From NCBI GenBank assembly GCA_038046345.1, contig JBBSWJ010000005.1:36083-100082 (forward strand): a DNA stretch of 64,000 bases. The letters are read 5' to 3'. The notes under the pieces are model-generated. The model made no database searches. It worked only from the letters and a program-made list of their open reading frames with translations, and was not told the DNA's origin. The stretch is from Nanobdellota archaeon. Lineage in GTDB: Archaea > Nanobdellota > Nanobdellia > SCGC-AAA011-G17 > JACPNG01. The position numbers and the translations under genes are program-made. Every line of letters starts with the position of its first letter. The stretch's first letter is position 1. Shown here piece after piece: positions 9,258 to 20,157 of the stretch.

Positions 9258-10308
9258 TCTTCTTAAGCGAATAAAGCACTTTTTCAAAGACAGAGTAAGC
9301 ATATTTTAGTTCTTGAACGCTGGTCAATTGGCTTATGCTTAATCTTAACGCGCTTTTAATTCGCTCCTCAGGCAAATTCATAGCTAACAGGACATGGCTT
9401 GGCTTCTGTTCTCTGGCCGAACAAGCACTCCCAGAACTAACAAAAACTTTTTTATGCGATAGATGTTGTAACATATCCATGCTTAGAACACCAAATGATA
9501 TATTTAACAATCCATGTACACTCTTTTTTGGAGTATTAACCACCCCAAGAGCCCTGAATCTTTCAAATTCTTTTAATACTTTGGAAGAAATAGGAGAATA
9601 ATTTTGAATAGCTTTTGCAAAACCAGCAATTCCAGGGACATTTTGTGTACCAGCACGTAACCCAAACTCTTGAGAACCAGCAATTAAAGATTTTGCTTTA
9701 GTAGGATCATTCACGAACACAGCACCAACTCCTTTTGGTCCGTGAATCTTATGAGCGCTAATAGTAAGAAAATCAACAGGAATCTTCTTCACGTTAAAAT
9801 CTAGCTTACAAAAACTCTGAACTATATCAGTATGAAACAGAGCTTTACAATCACGAGCCACATCATTCCAGTATTTTATATCTTGAATAGCACCTACCTC
9901 GTTATTAACATGAATAACAGATATTAATCCCGTGCCTAGCTGAGGTTCATATTCCTTAACGAAACATTCTTTATCAACGGGTAAAAGTTTATAATTGCAT
10001 TCTTTGCCTGGATCAAGTAATGACTTATGTTCAACAGCGCTCATTAAAAGTTTTTTATTTCTTGGAACTTGTTTTATAATAAAATTATTCCCTTCAGAAC
10101 CGCAAGAAGTAAAAATAATCTGATCAGCATTAGCATTAATCTTTTTTGCAACAACTTCTCTAGATCTTTCCAGAGCATCTGCTGCTACTTCACCTAAACG
10201 ATGCATTGAAGAAGGATTGCCAAACTTTTCATTGAAAAAAGGAAGCATGGATTCTACCACTGATTTTGTTACAGCAGTAGTAGAAGCACTATCAAGATAA
10301 GCTTGCAT
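9250..10308 (-). CDS. iscS: Cysteine desulfurase (IscS/NifS family)
   Basis: YLDSASTT, FGNPSSMH, SAHKIHGPKGVG (PLP Lys), SSGSACS; start corrected to ATG 10308. Confidence 0.92.
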   Translation of the reverse strand: MQAYLDSASTTAVTKSVVESMLPFFNEKFGNPSSMHRLGEVAADALERSREVVAKKINANADQIIFTSCGSEGNNFIIKQVPRNKKLLMSAVEHKSLLDPGKECNYKLLPVDKECFVKEYEPQLGTGLISVIHVNNEVGAIQDIKYWNDVARDCKALFHTDIVQSFCKLDFNVKKIPVDFLTISAHKIHGPKGVGAVFVNDPTKAKSLIAGSQEFGLRAGTQNVPGIAGFAKAIQNYSPISSKVLKEFERFRALGVVNTPKKSVHGLLNISFGVLSMDMLQHLSHKKVFVSSGSACSAREQKPSHVLLAMNLPEERIKSALRLSISQLTSVQELKYAYSVFEKVLYSLKKIS

Positions 10309-10358
10309 TTGCTTGATATAACAAATAGTATTTAAATAAGTTTCTTTTAAAAAAATCA

Positions 10359-10967
10359 ATGATGCGCGCAAAAAAACTAAGTAATGATGTGTGGGAGCTG
10401 TCCGGAGGATTACAACCAAGCTCAAATGTATATTATATTAAGTCCATGCAATTGCTAATAGACTTAGCAAGCGAAAAAAATAAAGCAGACTTATTACAGC
10501 AGCTAGAGTTCATAAATGTAAAAGTTGAAGATATTAAGATCATTATTCTAACACACTTTCACTTTGACCACATTGGCAACTCAAAACTATTTAAACACGC
10601 AAAATTCTATGCTTCAGAAGATGAAATTATTAGCTATAGATTTGCACCAAGAAAAACAACTGGTAGCACTGGAAAAGAAATAGAAGGAATAAACATAAAA
10701 AAAATACCTGAAAGAATAGGTATTCTAAAAATCATTAAAACTCCAGGGCATACTAGAGGTTCTATATGCATACTCAAAGAAGATGATAAAATATTATTTA
10801 CCGGAGATACATTATTTCGAAATGGAGCGGTTGGTTGCACCAAACTACCAACATCTGTACCAAAAAAGATGGAAGAATCATTAAAAACTTTGTTAGCTAT
10901 CCCACACAACGAATTAGGACCGGGGCACAATCTTGAAGATGGACTTATACTACAACAACATCATTAA
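10359..10967 (+). CDS. MBL-fold metallo-hydrolase
   Basis: THFHFDHIG, TPGHTRGS, FTGDTLF, GPGH. Confidence 0.92.
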   Translation: MMRAKKLSNDVWELSGGLQPSSNVYYIKSMQLLIDLASEKNKADLLQQLEFINVKVEDIKIIILTHFHFDHIGNSKLFKHAKFYASEDEIISYRFAPRKTTGSTGKEIEGINIKKIPERIGILKIIKTPGHTRGSICILKEDDKILFTGDTLFRNGAVGCTKLPTSVPKKMEESLKTLLAIPHNELGPGHNLEDGLILQQHH

Positions 10968-11391
10968 TTATAACGAATTATACGGAGAAGAACAAGAACA
11001 AAAACTTAAGATTATTAAAGAATATTTCGGAGAGTGTAAAGTACTTGACGTAGGATGCGGAACATTATTATCTAAAAAATATTTCAAAGATGTAACAGGA
11101 ATAGATCCAACTGGAATACCGCCAGCAATAAAAGGTGTTGCTGAATCGCTGCCATTTAAAGATAAAGAATTTGATTTGGTAATTTGTGTAACGGTTTTAC
11201 ACAATGTAAACAATCCTGAAAAAGCTATACAAGAATTAAAACGAGTAAGCAAGGGAAAGATAGCAATAACATTACTAAAAAAAAGCAGTAAACTTCAATG
11301 TTTAAAAGAATTAACAGAAAAGTACTTTAAAAAATTTAAAATGATAGAGGAAAAAAAAGATATCATATATCTAATCAAATATTCTGAATAG
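10939..11391 (+). CDS. Class I SAM-dependent methyltransferase
   Basis: VLDVGCGT motif I; AESLPFKDKEFDLV. Confidence 0.88.
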   Translation: MDLYYNNIINYNELYGEEQEQKLKIIKEYFGECKVLDVGCGTLLSKKYFKDVTGIDPTGIPPAIKGVAESLPFKDKEFDLVICVTVLHNVNNPEKAIQELKRVSKGKIAITLLKKSSKLQCLKELTEKYFKKFKMIEEKKDIIYLIKYSE

Positions 11392-13206
11392 CTTTCCCTT
11401 TTCATTATCTTTCTCTTCTGAGTCACGCTTGCCCATCTGTGTTTCAGACTCTTTAATTTGTTTCAGCATTTGTTCTCTATAATCTTTTAATGCCTCTTCA
11501 CGGCTAGCAAACTTGATAGAAGAAACAGGGTTTAATGCTGACTCAGCTTTTTTCTTTTTCAAAATTGAGATGTACTTAGCTTCTTTACGCATTTTCTTAT
11601 GAGCGATTATCTCTAATCTTTTCCTTCGTTTGAACATGGCAAGAAGAGCGTAAACTACTAATCCGATAACAGCTATAAACAGGATCCATGATAAAAAGCC
11701 ACTATTACTAACTGAGCTTGTCCCGTCTACATAAACAGCAGGAAAGTTTTTAACGAAATCACCGCTTACAACATCAATGTCATATACCCCCGTTACAACA
11801 TTCCTACCTAAAGGAAAAATAACCTCTTGATTTGTTGTTAAACTGGTTTTTTTGACAGCAACAATTGAGTCATCATAACTAATCCTTATTGGACGGTCAT
11901 AAACAGTATTGCCTTTGTTTATAATAACTAAATTCTGACCTGATAAAAAAATATCAAGCAATTCAAGTGTTTCAATAAAAAAACTACTTAATTTTGATAT
12001 GCCTCCCACTTCTGCTTGCACTGAAAACTCTCCTGGATTGGCATCTGCAGGCAGGGTAAATAATAAAGGTTTGTTAGCATCAACAACTTCACGGATAACC
12101 AGCTTGCTTCTAGAATCACGAAGTGAAATAGTTACTGCCTCATCAAGTGGATCACCAGCCTGGTCATATACTAATGGAGTAATCTCAATAGTTTCTCCAG
12201 GTAAGATTTGATTGGCGCTTAAATCTATAGTAAGCTCGTTTAGTTTTGCAATAACTTCCATAACAACATCAACAACACCATTATTGCCAAAATCATCTAC
12301 AATTCTAACTTCCGCTGTATGTTTGCCAGAAGCTATATCAGATGGAACTATCAGCTCATATGAATAAACTCCACCTTCAATGATAGTATTAAATGTCTCA
12401 TTCATAAAACGTATAACTACAGTACCATCTAGTATCTCTTCTTGTAATGTTGTTTTAGCATCACCAAAAATCTTTATCTTATCGCCAGGGTAAACTTGTG
12501 TTTTACTAAGGGATGCAGATGCATACAGATCACTAACAAAGGTAAAGGATGCGACATCTTCAAAATTTTTGTTATTCCCATAAATATCTCTAACATTTAA
12601 ATCAATATTATAAATTCCGGCAGGGATTCTATTTCCAACAAAAGTATAGATTAAATCACCATCAGAAAAACTAGCGACATCAACAAAGAATTTTGAGTTG
12701 TTATCAGAAAAATAAATACTAACAGCACCAGAAGTATCTAAACCATTCAGCTTGGATATTGTACCTGTTAAAACTATGCTATCCCCAGCTTGTACGATAT
12801 CTTTATCAACAAAAAAAGATCCTTGTAAATCTTTAGTTACTAAAAAATTATTTGATGCTGCAGACTCTACAACTTGGTTGCCTTCAACTAATGAAAATTC
12901 CAAAAAACATGTACCTTCCATTTCAGTACTTACAACAATTTTTGATATAGCAAAATCTTGAGGGAACGTCTTTTTTTCTCTGCCATCTAAAGAAATTGCT
13001 GTCATTGGAAGATCAAAATAAGTAGCTCCGCAATTAATGCTTGGTTTTAATACACCATCAAAATCTGTTTCTCTTGACACATAACCAGATATTTCAATTT
13101 GGTCACCAAGATTATACACACTTTGATCTGGAGCGTTTAAGCTAATTATAGCAGCTACAGATGGAATTAATATCAATAAGAACACCAACAATCCTGCTTT
13201 TTTCAT
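11371..13206 (-). CDS. Secreted beta-rich surface protein with C-terminal TM anchor and charged tail
   Basis: Signal peptide, repeated Ig-like beta segments, TM helix near residue 510. Confidence 0.75.
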   Translation of the reverse strand: MKKAGLLVFLLILIPSVAAIISLNAPDQSVYNLGDQIEISGYVSRETDFDGVLKPSINCGATYFDLPMTAISLDGREKKTFPQDFAISKIVVSTEMEGTCFLEFSLVEGNQVVESAASNNFLVTKDLQGSFFVDKDIVQAGDSIVLTGTISKLNGLDTSGAVSIYFSDNNSKFFVDVASFSDGDLIYTFVGNRIPAGIYNIDLNVRDIYGNNKNFEDVASFTFVSDLYASASLSKTQVYPGDKIKIFGDAKTTLQEEILDGTVVIRFMNETFNTIIEGGVYSYELIVPSDIASGKHTAEVRIVDDFGNNGVVDVVMEVIAKLNELTIDLSANQILPGETIEITPLVYDQAGDPLDEAVTISLRDSRSKLVIREVVDANKPLLFTLPADANPGEFSVQAEVGGISKLSSFFIETLELLDIFLSGQNLVIINKGNTVYDRPIRISYDDSIVAVKKTSLTTNQEVIFPLGRNVVTGVYDIDVVSGDFVKNFPAVYVDGTSSVSNSGFLSWILFIAVIGLVVYALLAMFKRRKRLEIIAHKKMRKEAKYISILKKKKAESALNPVSSIKFASREEALKDYREQMLKQIKESETQMGKRDSEEKDNEKGKLFRIFD

Positions 13207-13419
13207 GGGATAAAATAATTAAATACTATATAAATAGTTTACTATACTAAAATTGCTGTGAACCGATATAAAGCTAAGTTTCAGACCAGCCGAATAACCA
13301 TGTAGAACGCTTAAAGGTGCCGATCTTTTAATAAGCTAGATCAGTCAATAAAGAGGATTATTACCAAAACAGTTTTGATGCACAGGTAAGTTTAAATATT
13401 TGCTTGAAATAAAAAAATT

Positions 13420-15297
13420 ATGAGGATTATAACATTACATACTGATTATATAGAATTTGAAGTCAAAAAAAAGGCAATAAAAGATGTTCCAGATGCACCA
13501 AAAGGAAAACAGAAAATAGAAGAATGTTTAGTAGTATTAACTGCTGTTGAAAAAACTGATGAGCCAGACATTAAAAATATAGTGCAACAATTAGTAAAAG
13601 AAGTAACAAATATAGCAGGTGAAGTAAAAACAGATAAGATCGTGTTATACCCTTACGCACATTTAAGCTCTAATCTTTCCAGTCCCAAACCAGCGCAAGA
13701 AGTAATAGAGCTTGCTAGAAAAGGTTTATCAAAAAAGTTTAAAGTGTTCAGTGCGCCATTTGGTTATTACAAAAGTTTTGAATTAAAATGTAAGGGCCAT
13801 CCGCTGTCTGAACTATCAAGAGAATTTAAACCAGTAAAAGATGGAGAGAATAAAGCAGTTGCAGCAGAGAAGAAACTAAAAAGTGAATGGTATATAATTG
13901 ATACAACTGGGGCATTAAAGAAAATAAAATACGATAAAAATAAGATTATAGGATTTGATTTTAGTAAGTATAAGACTTTAGAGAAATTTGCACAATATGA
14001 GCTTGCAAAAGTAAGAGCGGTAAATCAGGAACCTCCGCATGTTAGGCTGATGAGAAAACTGGAATTAGTGGACTATGAACCAGGAAGTGATCCGGGAAAT
14101 CTAAGATATTATCCTAAGGGGAGGTTGATTAAAAGTTTGTTAGAACAATTTACCACTGAAAAAATGATAGATTACGGTGCAATGGAAATTGAGTCACCAA
14201 TAATGTATGATTATGAACATCCTTCATTAAAAAGTTATATGAACAGGTTCCCAGCAAGACAATATACAATACAAACACCTAACAAGAAGGTTTTTTTGCG
14301 ATTTGCTGCTTGCTTTGGTCAATTCTTAATGCAGAGAGATGCACAAACTTCATATAAGCATTTGCCCACAAGATTATATGAACTAACAAGATATTCCTTT
14401 AGAGCAGAACAACATGGAGAGCTAACAGGATTAAGAAGATTACGCGCATTTACAATGCCGGACTGTCATGCATTTTGCGCAGATATAGAACAAGCAAAAG
14501 AAGAGATGTTAAAGCGATTAGAAGTTTCAAGACAATTACAAGGAGAGATAGGATTTGATTTTAGAAATGACTTTGAATTTGCAATAAGGGTAACAAAAGA
14601 ATTCTATGGAAAAAATAAAGAATTTGTGAACAGTTTAGTAAAGAAATGGAATAAGCCAACTTTATTAGAAATCTGGGATAAGAAATTTTTTTATTTTATA
14701 TTAAAGTATGAATGGAATTATGTGGATAATTTAGATAAAGCTGCAACACTAACAACTGATCAAATAGATGTAGAAAATGCAAAAAGATATGGTATTACTT
14801 ATATTGATTCTAATGGTAAGAAACAATTTCCGCTTATACTGCATTTATCACCAACGGGAGCAATTGAAAGAGTATTGTATGCATTACTTGAAAGAGCGGC
14901 AAAAGAAGAAAAAGATGGAAAGGTTCCAACATTACCATTATGGTTAAGTCCTACACAAGTAAGATTAATTCCTGTTTCTTTAGAGAAACATAAAGGTATT
15001 ACAGATAAAATGATGGAACAATTTCAAGAAGCTAATATCAGAGTGGATATTGACGATAATGGGGAGAGTATTGGAAAGAGAATAAGAGAAGCAGAGCTAG
15101 AATGGGTGCCATACATCATTGTTATTGGTGACAAAGAAAAAGATGGAACTATCACTGTACGTAAAAGAGGTATAAAAGAACAAAAGGATATGAAGGTTGA
15201 AAGTTTAATTAAAGAGATAGAACGAGAAGTTAAAGGTAAACCTTTCAAAAAGCTGCCTTTACCACGGTATTTATCTAAAAGAATTAGATTTGTATGA
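13420..15297 (+). CDS. thrS: Threonine--tRNA ligase (archaeal type)
   Basis: Archaeal N-terminal editing domain (VLYPYAHLS), LRFAACFG, LRRLRAFTMPDCH, anticodon-binding domain. Confidence 0.97.
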   Translation: MRIITLHTDYIEFEVKKKAIKDVPDAPKGKQKIEECLVVLTAVEKTDEPDIKNIVQQLVKEVTNIAGEVKTDKIVLYPYAHLSSNLSSPKPAQEVIELARKGLSKKFKVFSAPFGYYKSFELKCKGHPLSELSREFKPVKDGENKAVAAEKKLKSEWYIIDTTGALKKIKYDKNKIIGFDFSKYKTLEKFAQYELAKVRAVNQEPPHVRLMRKLELVDYEPGSDPGNLRYYPKGRLIKSLLEQFTTEKMIDYGAMEIESPIMYDYEHPSLKSYMNRFPARQYTIQTPNKKVFLRFAACFGQFLMQRDAQTSYKHLPTRLYELTRYSFRAEQHGELTGLRRLRAFTMPDCHAFCADIEQAKEEMLKRLEVSRQLQGEIGFDFRNDFEFAIRVTKEFYGKNKEFVNSLVKKWNKPTLLEIWDKKFFYFILKYEWNYVDNLDKAATLTTDQIDVENAKRYGITYIDSNGKKQFPLILHLSPTGAIERVLYALLERAAKEEKDGKVPTLPLWLSPTQVRLIPVSLEKHKGITDKMMEQFQEANIRVDIDDNGESIGKRIREAELEWVPYIIVIGDKEKDGTITVRKRGIKEQKDMKVESLIKEIEREVKGKPFKKLPLPRYLSKRIRFV

Positions 15298-16010
15298 TGA
15301 AAAGATCTCTAAGAACATTATTGCTTGCTGCTTGTTTTACTGTTATCTATGATGGTGTAAACGCAATTACAGATGTTATCGACCCAAAGAGCATACCCTC
15401 TTCCAATGAGCACAAGCGTAATATAGAATGGCTCGCTCTAGTAAATGAGGAACTTGCAGATGTCATAGCTGAACATGTTAGAAAGATCTTTGAGCAGGGG
15501 TTTGCAGAGCACTTCAGTAAAAACGATTTCTATCATGGACATTTTATAGCTGCAGACCAAGAAAAATGTAAACAGCTTGAAGAAATTAAGGGTTTCACTG
15601 AGGAAGACTGGCGTAGGTTATATTTATCTGCAAAACCACATTTCCTTTATCATACATTTGAAAACACTTGGCTAAGAGATCCATACATGGGATTGCCGCG
15701 GAGTATTATTGGAACCTTGGGTGGAGAAATACAGCCAGTAAGAACAGACACTAAAAACTTTATAAGCCACGGCACAGTAAACAGTAAGGATACATTTAGA
15801 GTTGGTAATATAACCTATAGTGGCATGTGTGATGCAATATTACTCAGATCAAACAGTCATGAAGGTAGTGAGATCTTTTTTAATGACGGGAAATTTAATT
15901 ATATTCCAAATTACTCACAGTTCTACATCTTACCAACCCCAAAAGGAAGATATAAAGCTAATGGGGAGAACTTTGATATTTATTTTGATATTCATAGGCT
16001 GCCAAGATAA
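15294..16010 (+). CDS. Hypothetical secreted protein
   Basis: 238-aa ORF with signal-peptide-like N-terminus. Confidence 0.65.
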   Translation: MMKRSLRTLLLAACFTVIYDGVNAITDVIDPKSIPSSNEHKRNIEWLALVNEELADVIAEHVRKIFEQGFAEHFSKNDFYHGHFIAADQEKCKQLEEIKGFTEEDWRRLYLSAKPHFLYHTFENTWLRDPYMGLPRSIIGTLGGEIQPVRTDTKNFISHGTVNSKDTFRVGNITYSGMCDAILLRSNSHEGSEIFFNDGKFNYIPNYSQFYILPTPKGRYKANGENFDIYFDIHRLPR

Positions 16011-16072
16011 GTTTTATCCGTAACAAGTGAAAATACAACATTTTTAAAGAGCAAAAAGAAATACTTTCACTA

Positions 16073-16573
16073 ATGCTAGATCAGTTAAAAGAAGAGGTTG
16101 AAACATTAAGGTACACAAAAGAGTTCATAGACTACAAATCTAAACATTCAAATGCGTATCTTTGTGCAGGATTCAAAATAATAGATCATTTAGGTAAGAT
16201 ACCATGGCAGATTGATTTTTATTGTCCTGATAAAAAAATTATAACAACATTTATCTTTGATAAATCTTTAGAACAAAAAGAAACAGACGAAATAAGTCCA
16301 GCAGAAGAAGAAATAAAAGAATTAAACCTTGAAAATATTGATATAGACTTCTCAAAAACATTAGAGATTATTGATAAAATAATTCAAGAAAAATATCCAA
16401 CCCAAAAATCTAACAAAATTATAGTTGTACTTCAAAAAATCAACGGAATAGAAACATGGAATGTTAGTCATTTAACAGATCAGTTTAACATATTAAATGT
16501 ATGTATTAATGCCCAAACTGGTGAAGTAATTAAAGAAAAACTTCAGCAGATAATCTCCTTCAAGCAAAATTAA
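16073..16573 (+). CDS. Hypothetical protein (possibly PepSY-like)
   Basis: 166-aa ORF; W..DFY and WNV..INAQTGEVI patterns. Confidence 0.65.
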   Translation: MLDQLKEEVETLRYTKEFIDYKSKHSNAYLCAGFKIIDHLGKIPWQIDFYCPDKKIITTFIFDKSLEQKETDEISPAEEEIKELNLENIDIDFSKTLEIIDKIIQEKYPTQKSNKIIVVLQKINGIETWNVSHLTDQFNILNVCINAQTGEVIKEKLQQIISFKQN

Positions 16574-16582
16574 TTTATTATC

Positions 16583-16849
16583 ATGGAATTAACTGAAATA
16601 ATAGCAAATTTGCCAATACTACCGCCGGTTCATACTTGCAGAGAACCAGTTAGTTCACAACACTTAGCAAGGATTAAAATGAATATGCCATCACTTATTA
16701 CTTTAGAAACACATCACATTCTGGGAAGAAACGAAGCAAGCACTATGATATTCTATGGGGATAGATTTGACAAGTCAGGAAAAACAACAAGTTATCAAAG
16801 TTTATATGTACAATTCATTGAAAGTTACGAAATTCTAGACCAAGAATAA
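16583..16849 (+). CDS. Hypothetical protein
   Basis: 88-aa ORF in a co-oriented run. Confidence 0.5.
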   Translation: MELTEIIANLPILPPVHTCREPVSSQHLARIKMNMPSLITLETHHILGRNEASTMIFYGDRFDKSGKTTSYQSLYVQFIESYEILDQE

Positions 16850-16903
16850 CGGTGTGTAAACCTTTAAAAAGTATTTTAACAAATTATATTGCCGTGAGCA
16901 AAT

Positions 16904-18622
16904 ATGATAAGACAACCAGTTGTGGCATTTGTAGGGCATGTAGACCATGGAAAATCTAGTATACTTGAATTTATCAAAGAAGTTCCTATAACCAAAAAAG
17001 AGGCTGGAGGTATAACCCAGGCCATAAAAGCATATACAGTACCTTTCGAGAAAATAAAGAAAATCTGTGGTACACAGTTAGAATCTTTAAAACAAGATGT
17101 CACCATACCCGGAATATTATTTATTGATACACCGGGGCATGCAGCATTCACAAGCTTAAGGAAACGTGGCGGGAATATCTCTGACATAGCAATATTGGTC
17201 ATAGACATAAATGAAGGATTAAAACCACAAACAATTGAAGCAATAGAAATATTAAAGACATTCAAAACTCCGTTTGTTGTTGCATTAAACAAAATTGATT
17301 CAATCCAAGGATGGAGACCAAATAAAAGCAAGCCAGTCTTGCAAAATATAAAATCTCAAGCAGCAAGAACACAAACCATGCTTGATGAAAGGCTATACGA
17401 AATTTTAGGTAACCTATTTACTCACGGGATACAAAGCGAGAGATTTGACAGAGTAGAAGATTTCACAAAAACAGTTGCAATAATCCCCATAAGCGCAAAA
17501 ACCGGTGAAGGTATCCCAGAACTATTGATGATAATAACTGGGCTATGCCAAAAATACCTAGAAGACTCTTTAAAAATTGAAGTTAGCGGAACGGGAAGCG
17601 GGACATTGCTTGAGGTAAATGATGAACGTGGTCTGGGCACCACTCTTAATATGATCTTATACGATGGTACAATAAAAATAAATGATACCATAGTAATCGG
17701 TGGGGTAAATAGTCCTATTACTACAAAAGTAAGAAGTATAAGACTTTATGAAGGGAAAAAGTTTACAACACCAAAGTCAATAAGCGCTGCAGCTTCTATA
17801 AATATAATCGCACCGAGCATAAAAGATGCAGTGCCTGGCATGCCAATTAAAGTAGCAACTCCAAATAGTTTAGAAGAGATTAAAGTTAGTATACAGAAAG
17901 AAATAAGTGAATCCATTATTGAAACAGAAGAAGAAGGTATTGTACTAAAAGCAGATAGTCTTGGTGGTTTAGAAGCACTTACTAAGTTACTTAAAGAAAA
18001 AAAAGTTCCAATTAAAAAAACCGGTCTTGGTGGCATAACAAAAAAAGACATTGCAACAGCTGCTGCAGCTAAAAATGATATAAATAAAGTGATACTAGCT
18101 TTTAATATACCCACTGAAAAGGATAGTTCTATAAAAATAATACAAGCTGATGTAGTCTATAAAATAATAGAAGATTATGAACGATGGGTCTTAGAAGAAG
18201 AAAAAAAGAATACCAACAAAGAGTTCGAGGGAGTTACTAGACCAGCTAAATTAGAATTTTTACAACATTACGTTTTTAGGCAATCTAATCCAGCTATAAT
18301 CGGGGTTAGGATTATTGGGGGCAAAATAAAAGTAGGGATGATACTAATAAAGGATGGTAAGGAGCTTGCAAGAATAAAAGAGATACAGCATGAAAAAGAA
18401 AATGTAACAGACGCAGTTAAGGGGCAGGAAGTAGCAATTGCATTACCAGGGATAACAGTTAGCAGACAGATAAATGAAGGGGATATTATGTATTCTGACA
18501 TAACCGAGAACGAATACTTAAAGCTTAAAAAATTAAAAAGCTTTTTAAATCCAGAAGAAGTTGAAATTTTAAAGGAGATAGCCCAAATTAAAAGAAAAAT
18601 AAAAAAGTTATGGGGGGTATAA
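16904..18622 (+). CDS. infB: Translation initiation factor aIF5B (IF-2)
   Basis: [39 protein letters not shown]; no intein. Confidence 0.97.
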   Translation: MIRQPVVAFVGHVDHGKSSILEFIKEVPITKKEAGGITQAIKAYTVPFEKIKKICGTQLESLKQDVTIPGILFIDTPGHAAFTSLRKRGGNISDIAILVIDINEGLKPQTIEAIEILKTFKTPFVVALNKIDSIQGWRPNKSKPVLQNIKSQAARTQTMLDERLYEILGNLFTHGIQSERFDRVEDFTKTVAIIPISAKTGEGIPELLMIITGLCQKYLEDSLKIEVSGTGSGTLLEVNDERGLGTTLNMILYDGTIKINDTIVIGGVNSPITTKVRSIRLYEGKKFTTPKSISAAASINIIAPSIKDAVPGMPIKVATPNSLEEIKVSIQKEISESIIETEEEGIVLKADSLGGLEALTKLLKEKKVPIKKTGLGGITKKDIATAAAAKNDINKVILAFNIPTEKDSSIKIIQADVVYKIIEDYERWVLEEEKKNTNKEFEGVTRPAKLEFLQHYVFRQSNPAIIGVRIIGGKIKVGMILIKDGKELARIKEIQHEKENVTDAVKGQEVAIALPGITVSRQINEGDIMYSDITENEYLKLKKLKSFLNPEEVEILKEIAQIKRKIKKLWGV

Positions 18623-19036
18623 ATGGCTGAGATAAAATTTAACATAAGTAATCCTAAAACAGGAAAAAGTTATAAGAGAACAATAGAAACAAATGAATTT
18701 TTAGGAAAACAAATGAATAATACTATTAATGGCGAGCTATTAGAACTGCCAGGTTATGAACTGCAAATAACTGGTGGATCAGATAATTCTGGATTCCCAA
18801 TGCGTGCAGACATACCTGGATCAAAAAGAATAAAGGCTCTGTTATCGGGTGGTACTGGTATCCATCTTAAGATGAAGGGGTTAAGAAAAAGAAAAAGTGT
18901 GACTGGTAGAGAGATCGGATCAAGCATTGCCCAGATTAATCTAAAGATTATAAAAGCTGGTCCTAAGAGTATTGAAGAAAATTACGGGATTGAACCAAAA
19001 GTAACTGAAGAAAAACCTGTTCAGGCTGAAGAATGA
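18623..19036 (+). CDS. rps6e: 30S ribosomal protein S6e
   Basis: LQITGGSDNSGFPMR, RKRKSVTG. Confidence 0.95.
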   Translation: MAEIKFNISNPKTGKSYKRTIETNEFLGKQMNNTINGELLELPGYELQITGGSDNSGFPMRADIPGSKRIKALLSGGTGIHLKMKGLRKRKSVTGREIGSSIAQINLKIIKAGPKSIEENYGIEPKVTEEKPVQAEE

Positions 19037-19317
19037 AATATAAAACAAAAAGTGTTATAATCGGTAGAAAAAAGAAGGATAAAGAGGATGTACTTTTTAG
19101 ACCATGTTTCATAGCATTATTTGACTTAAATGACCCGCATAAAGCTAATGAAGTACCAAAAGAGATTATTGAAATAAAAAAAGCAAAACGTATTGATATC
19201 ATTGACTTTAAATTAAAGTTTATGTTGATGGGCGGTGATATTGTGATAAATGACTTAAAGTGGATTGAAGTACAAGAAGAAAATGGTAATGTAAGGATTA
19301 CTGGACAACAAGTATAA
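19033..19317 (+). CDS. Hypothetical protein
   Basis: 94-aa ORF overlapping the rps6e stop (ATGA). Confidence 0.7.
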   Translation: MKYKTKSVIIGRKKKDKEDVLFRPCFIALFDLNDPHKANEVPKEIIEIKKAKRIDIIDFKLKFMLMGGDIVINDLKWIEVQEENGNVRITGQQV

Positions 19318-19377
19318 TAATTATTTGTGTTCTTGTTGCTTAATATTTTGTAATTCTTATGGCATTATGTAAAAAGT

Positions 19378-20004
19378 CTATCTTTCCCTATCTTGATTTA
19401 TGCACACATAAGTTATACTTTCCCGCTTTAATATGCGATGAATTTGTGATAATGGTCTGATATGATGAGCTTCCATTACTACAACTAAAGGTTTTGTTGT
19501 CTTTGGTTGATATTCAACAATCCTATTACCCATTCTTCTCTCTCGATATATCACTTCAATTGGTGATTCAGTTGTACATATATATTCTGGATATTTTCTA
19601 TGTATTTCTTTTTCGACTATGTCTAATTCAGCATAGGATAAATCAATACCTATTGCAATGAAACCATATTTTTCAGCCCACGCCATCACATGTTTATCCT
19701 CTGATAATGATTTATCAGATAATTCAAAATCATCAATACAATTTACCGGAACACCTTCTAAAAAAGTATGTCTTTTTACACCAGGATCATATCTTCTTGC
19801 ACCAAGAAATTCGTGTAATAAATAATCTGGTTTAGCTTGTTCAATAATTTCTTCTTGCTCTTCATGATGTTGAAACTTAGCATATCCCTCTCCCAGAATG
19901 ATTATTAAAGGTTCATCTCCGTAGAAATGGTATCCGCATCCATTTGATATACACCATTCCCTGATAACTTTTTTTTCAAGCATCTGGAAAATAATAGTTT
20001 TCAC
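19378..20004 (-). CDS. Hypothetical protein
   Basis: 208-aa ORF with protein-like composition. Confidence 0.65.
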   Translation of the reverse strand: MKTIIFQMLEKKVIREWCISNGCGYHFYGDEPLIIILGEGYAKFQHHEEQEEIIEQAKPDYLLHEFLGARRYDPGVKRHTFLEGVPVNCIDDFELSDKSLSEDKHVMAWAEKYGFIAIGIDLSYAELDIVEKEIHRKYPEYICTTESPIEVIYRERRMGNRIVEYQPKTTKPLVVVMEAHHIRPLSQIHRILKRESITYVCINQDRER

Positions 20005-20127
20005 TTTTTAAATTTTTCTATCTGTAACCACTTTATAATAGAGTCCATATAATAATTCTACGCCATTGATGAAATTTAGACGGGCCATCCAAAAGCCATA
20101 ACACAACAATCCCCATTACAAGAAAGG

Positions 20128-20135
20128 TTTATAAA
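20128..20135 (+). promoter_or_regulatory. Archaeal BRE/TATA promoter of eif2g (probably leaderless mRNA)
   Basis: gaaagg-TTTATAAA 22 nt before ATG 20158; similar spacing is seen at thrS, the TrmB gene and fusA. Confidence 0.65.
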
Positions 20136-20157
20136 AACCTCCTTTGATTAAGCTTCT

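Noticed and set aside
13255-13386. 5S rRNA or hammerhead ribozyme
   Set aside because: No convincing 5S loop C/E motifs and no CUGANGA core. No 5S gene was recognised in the window.
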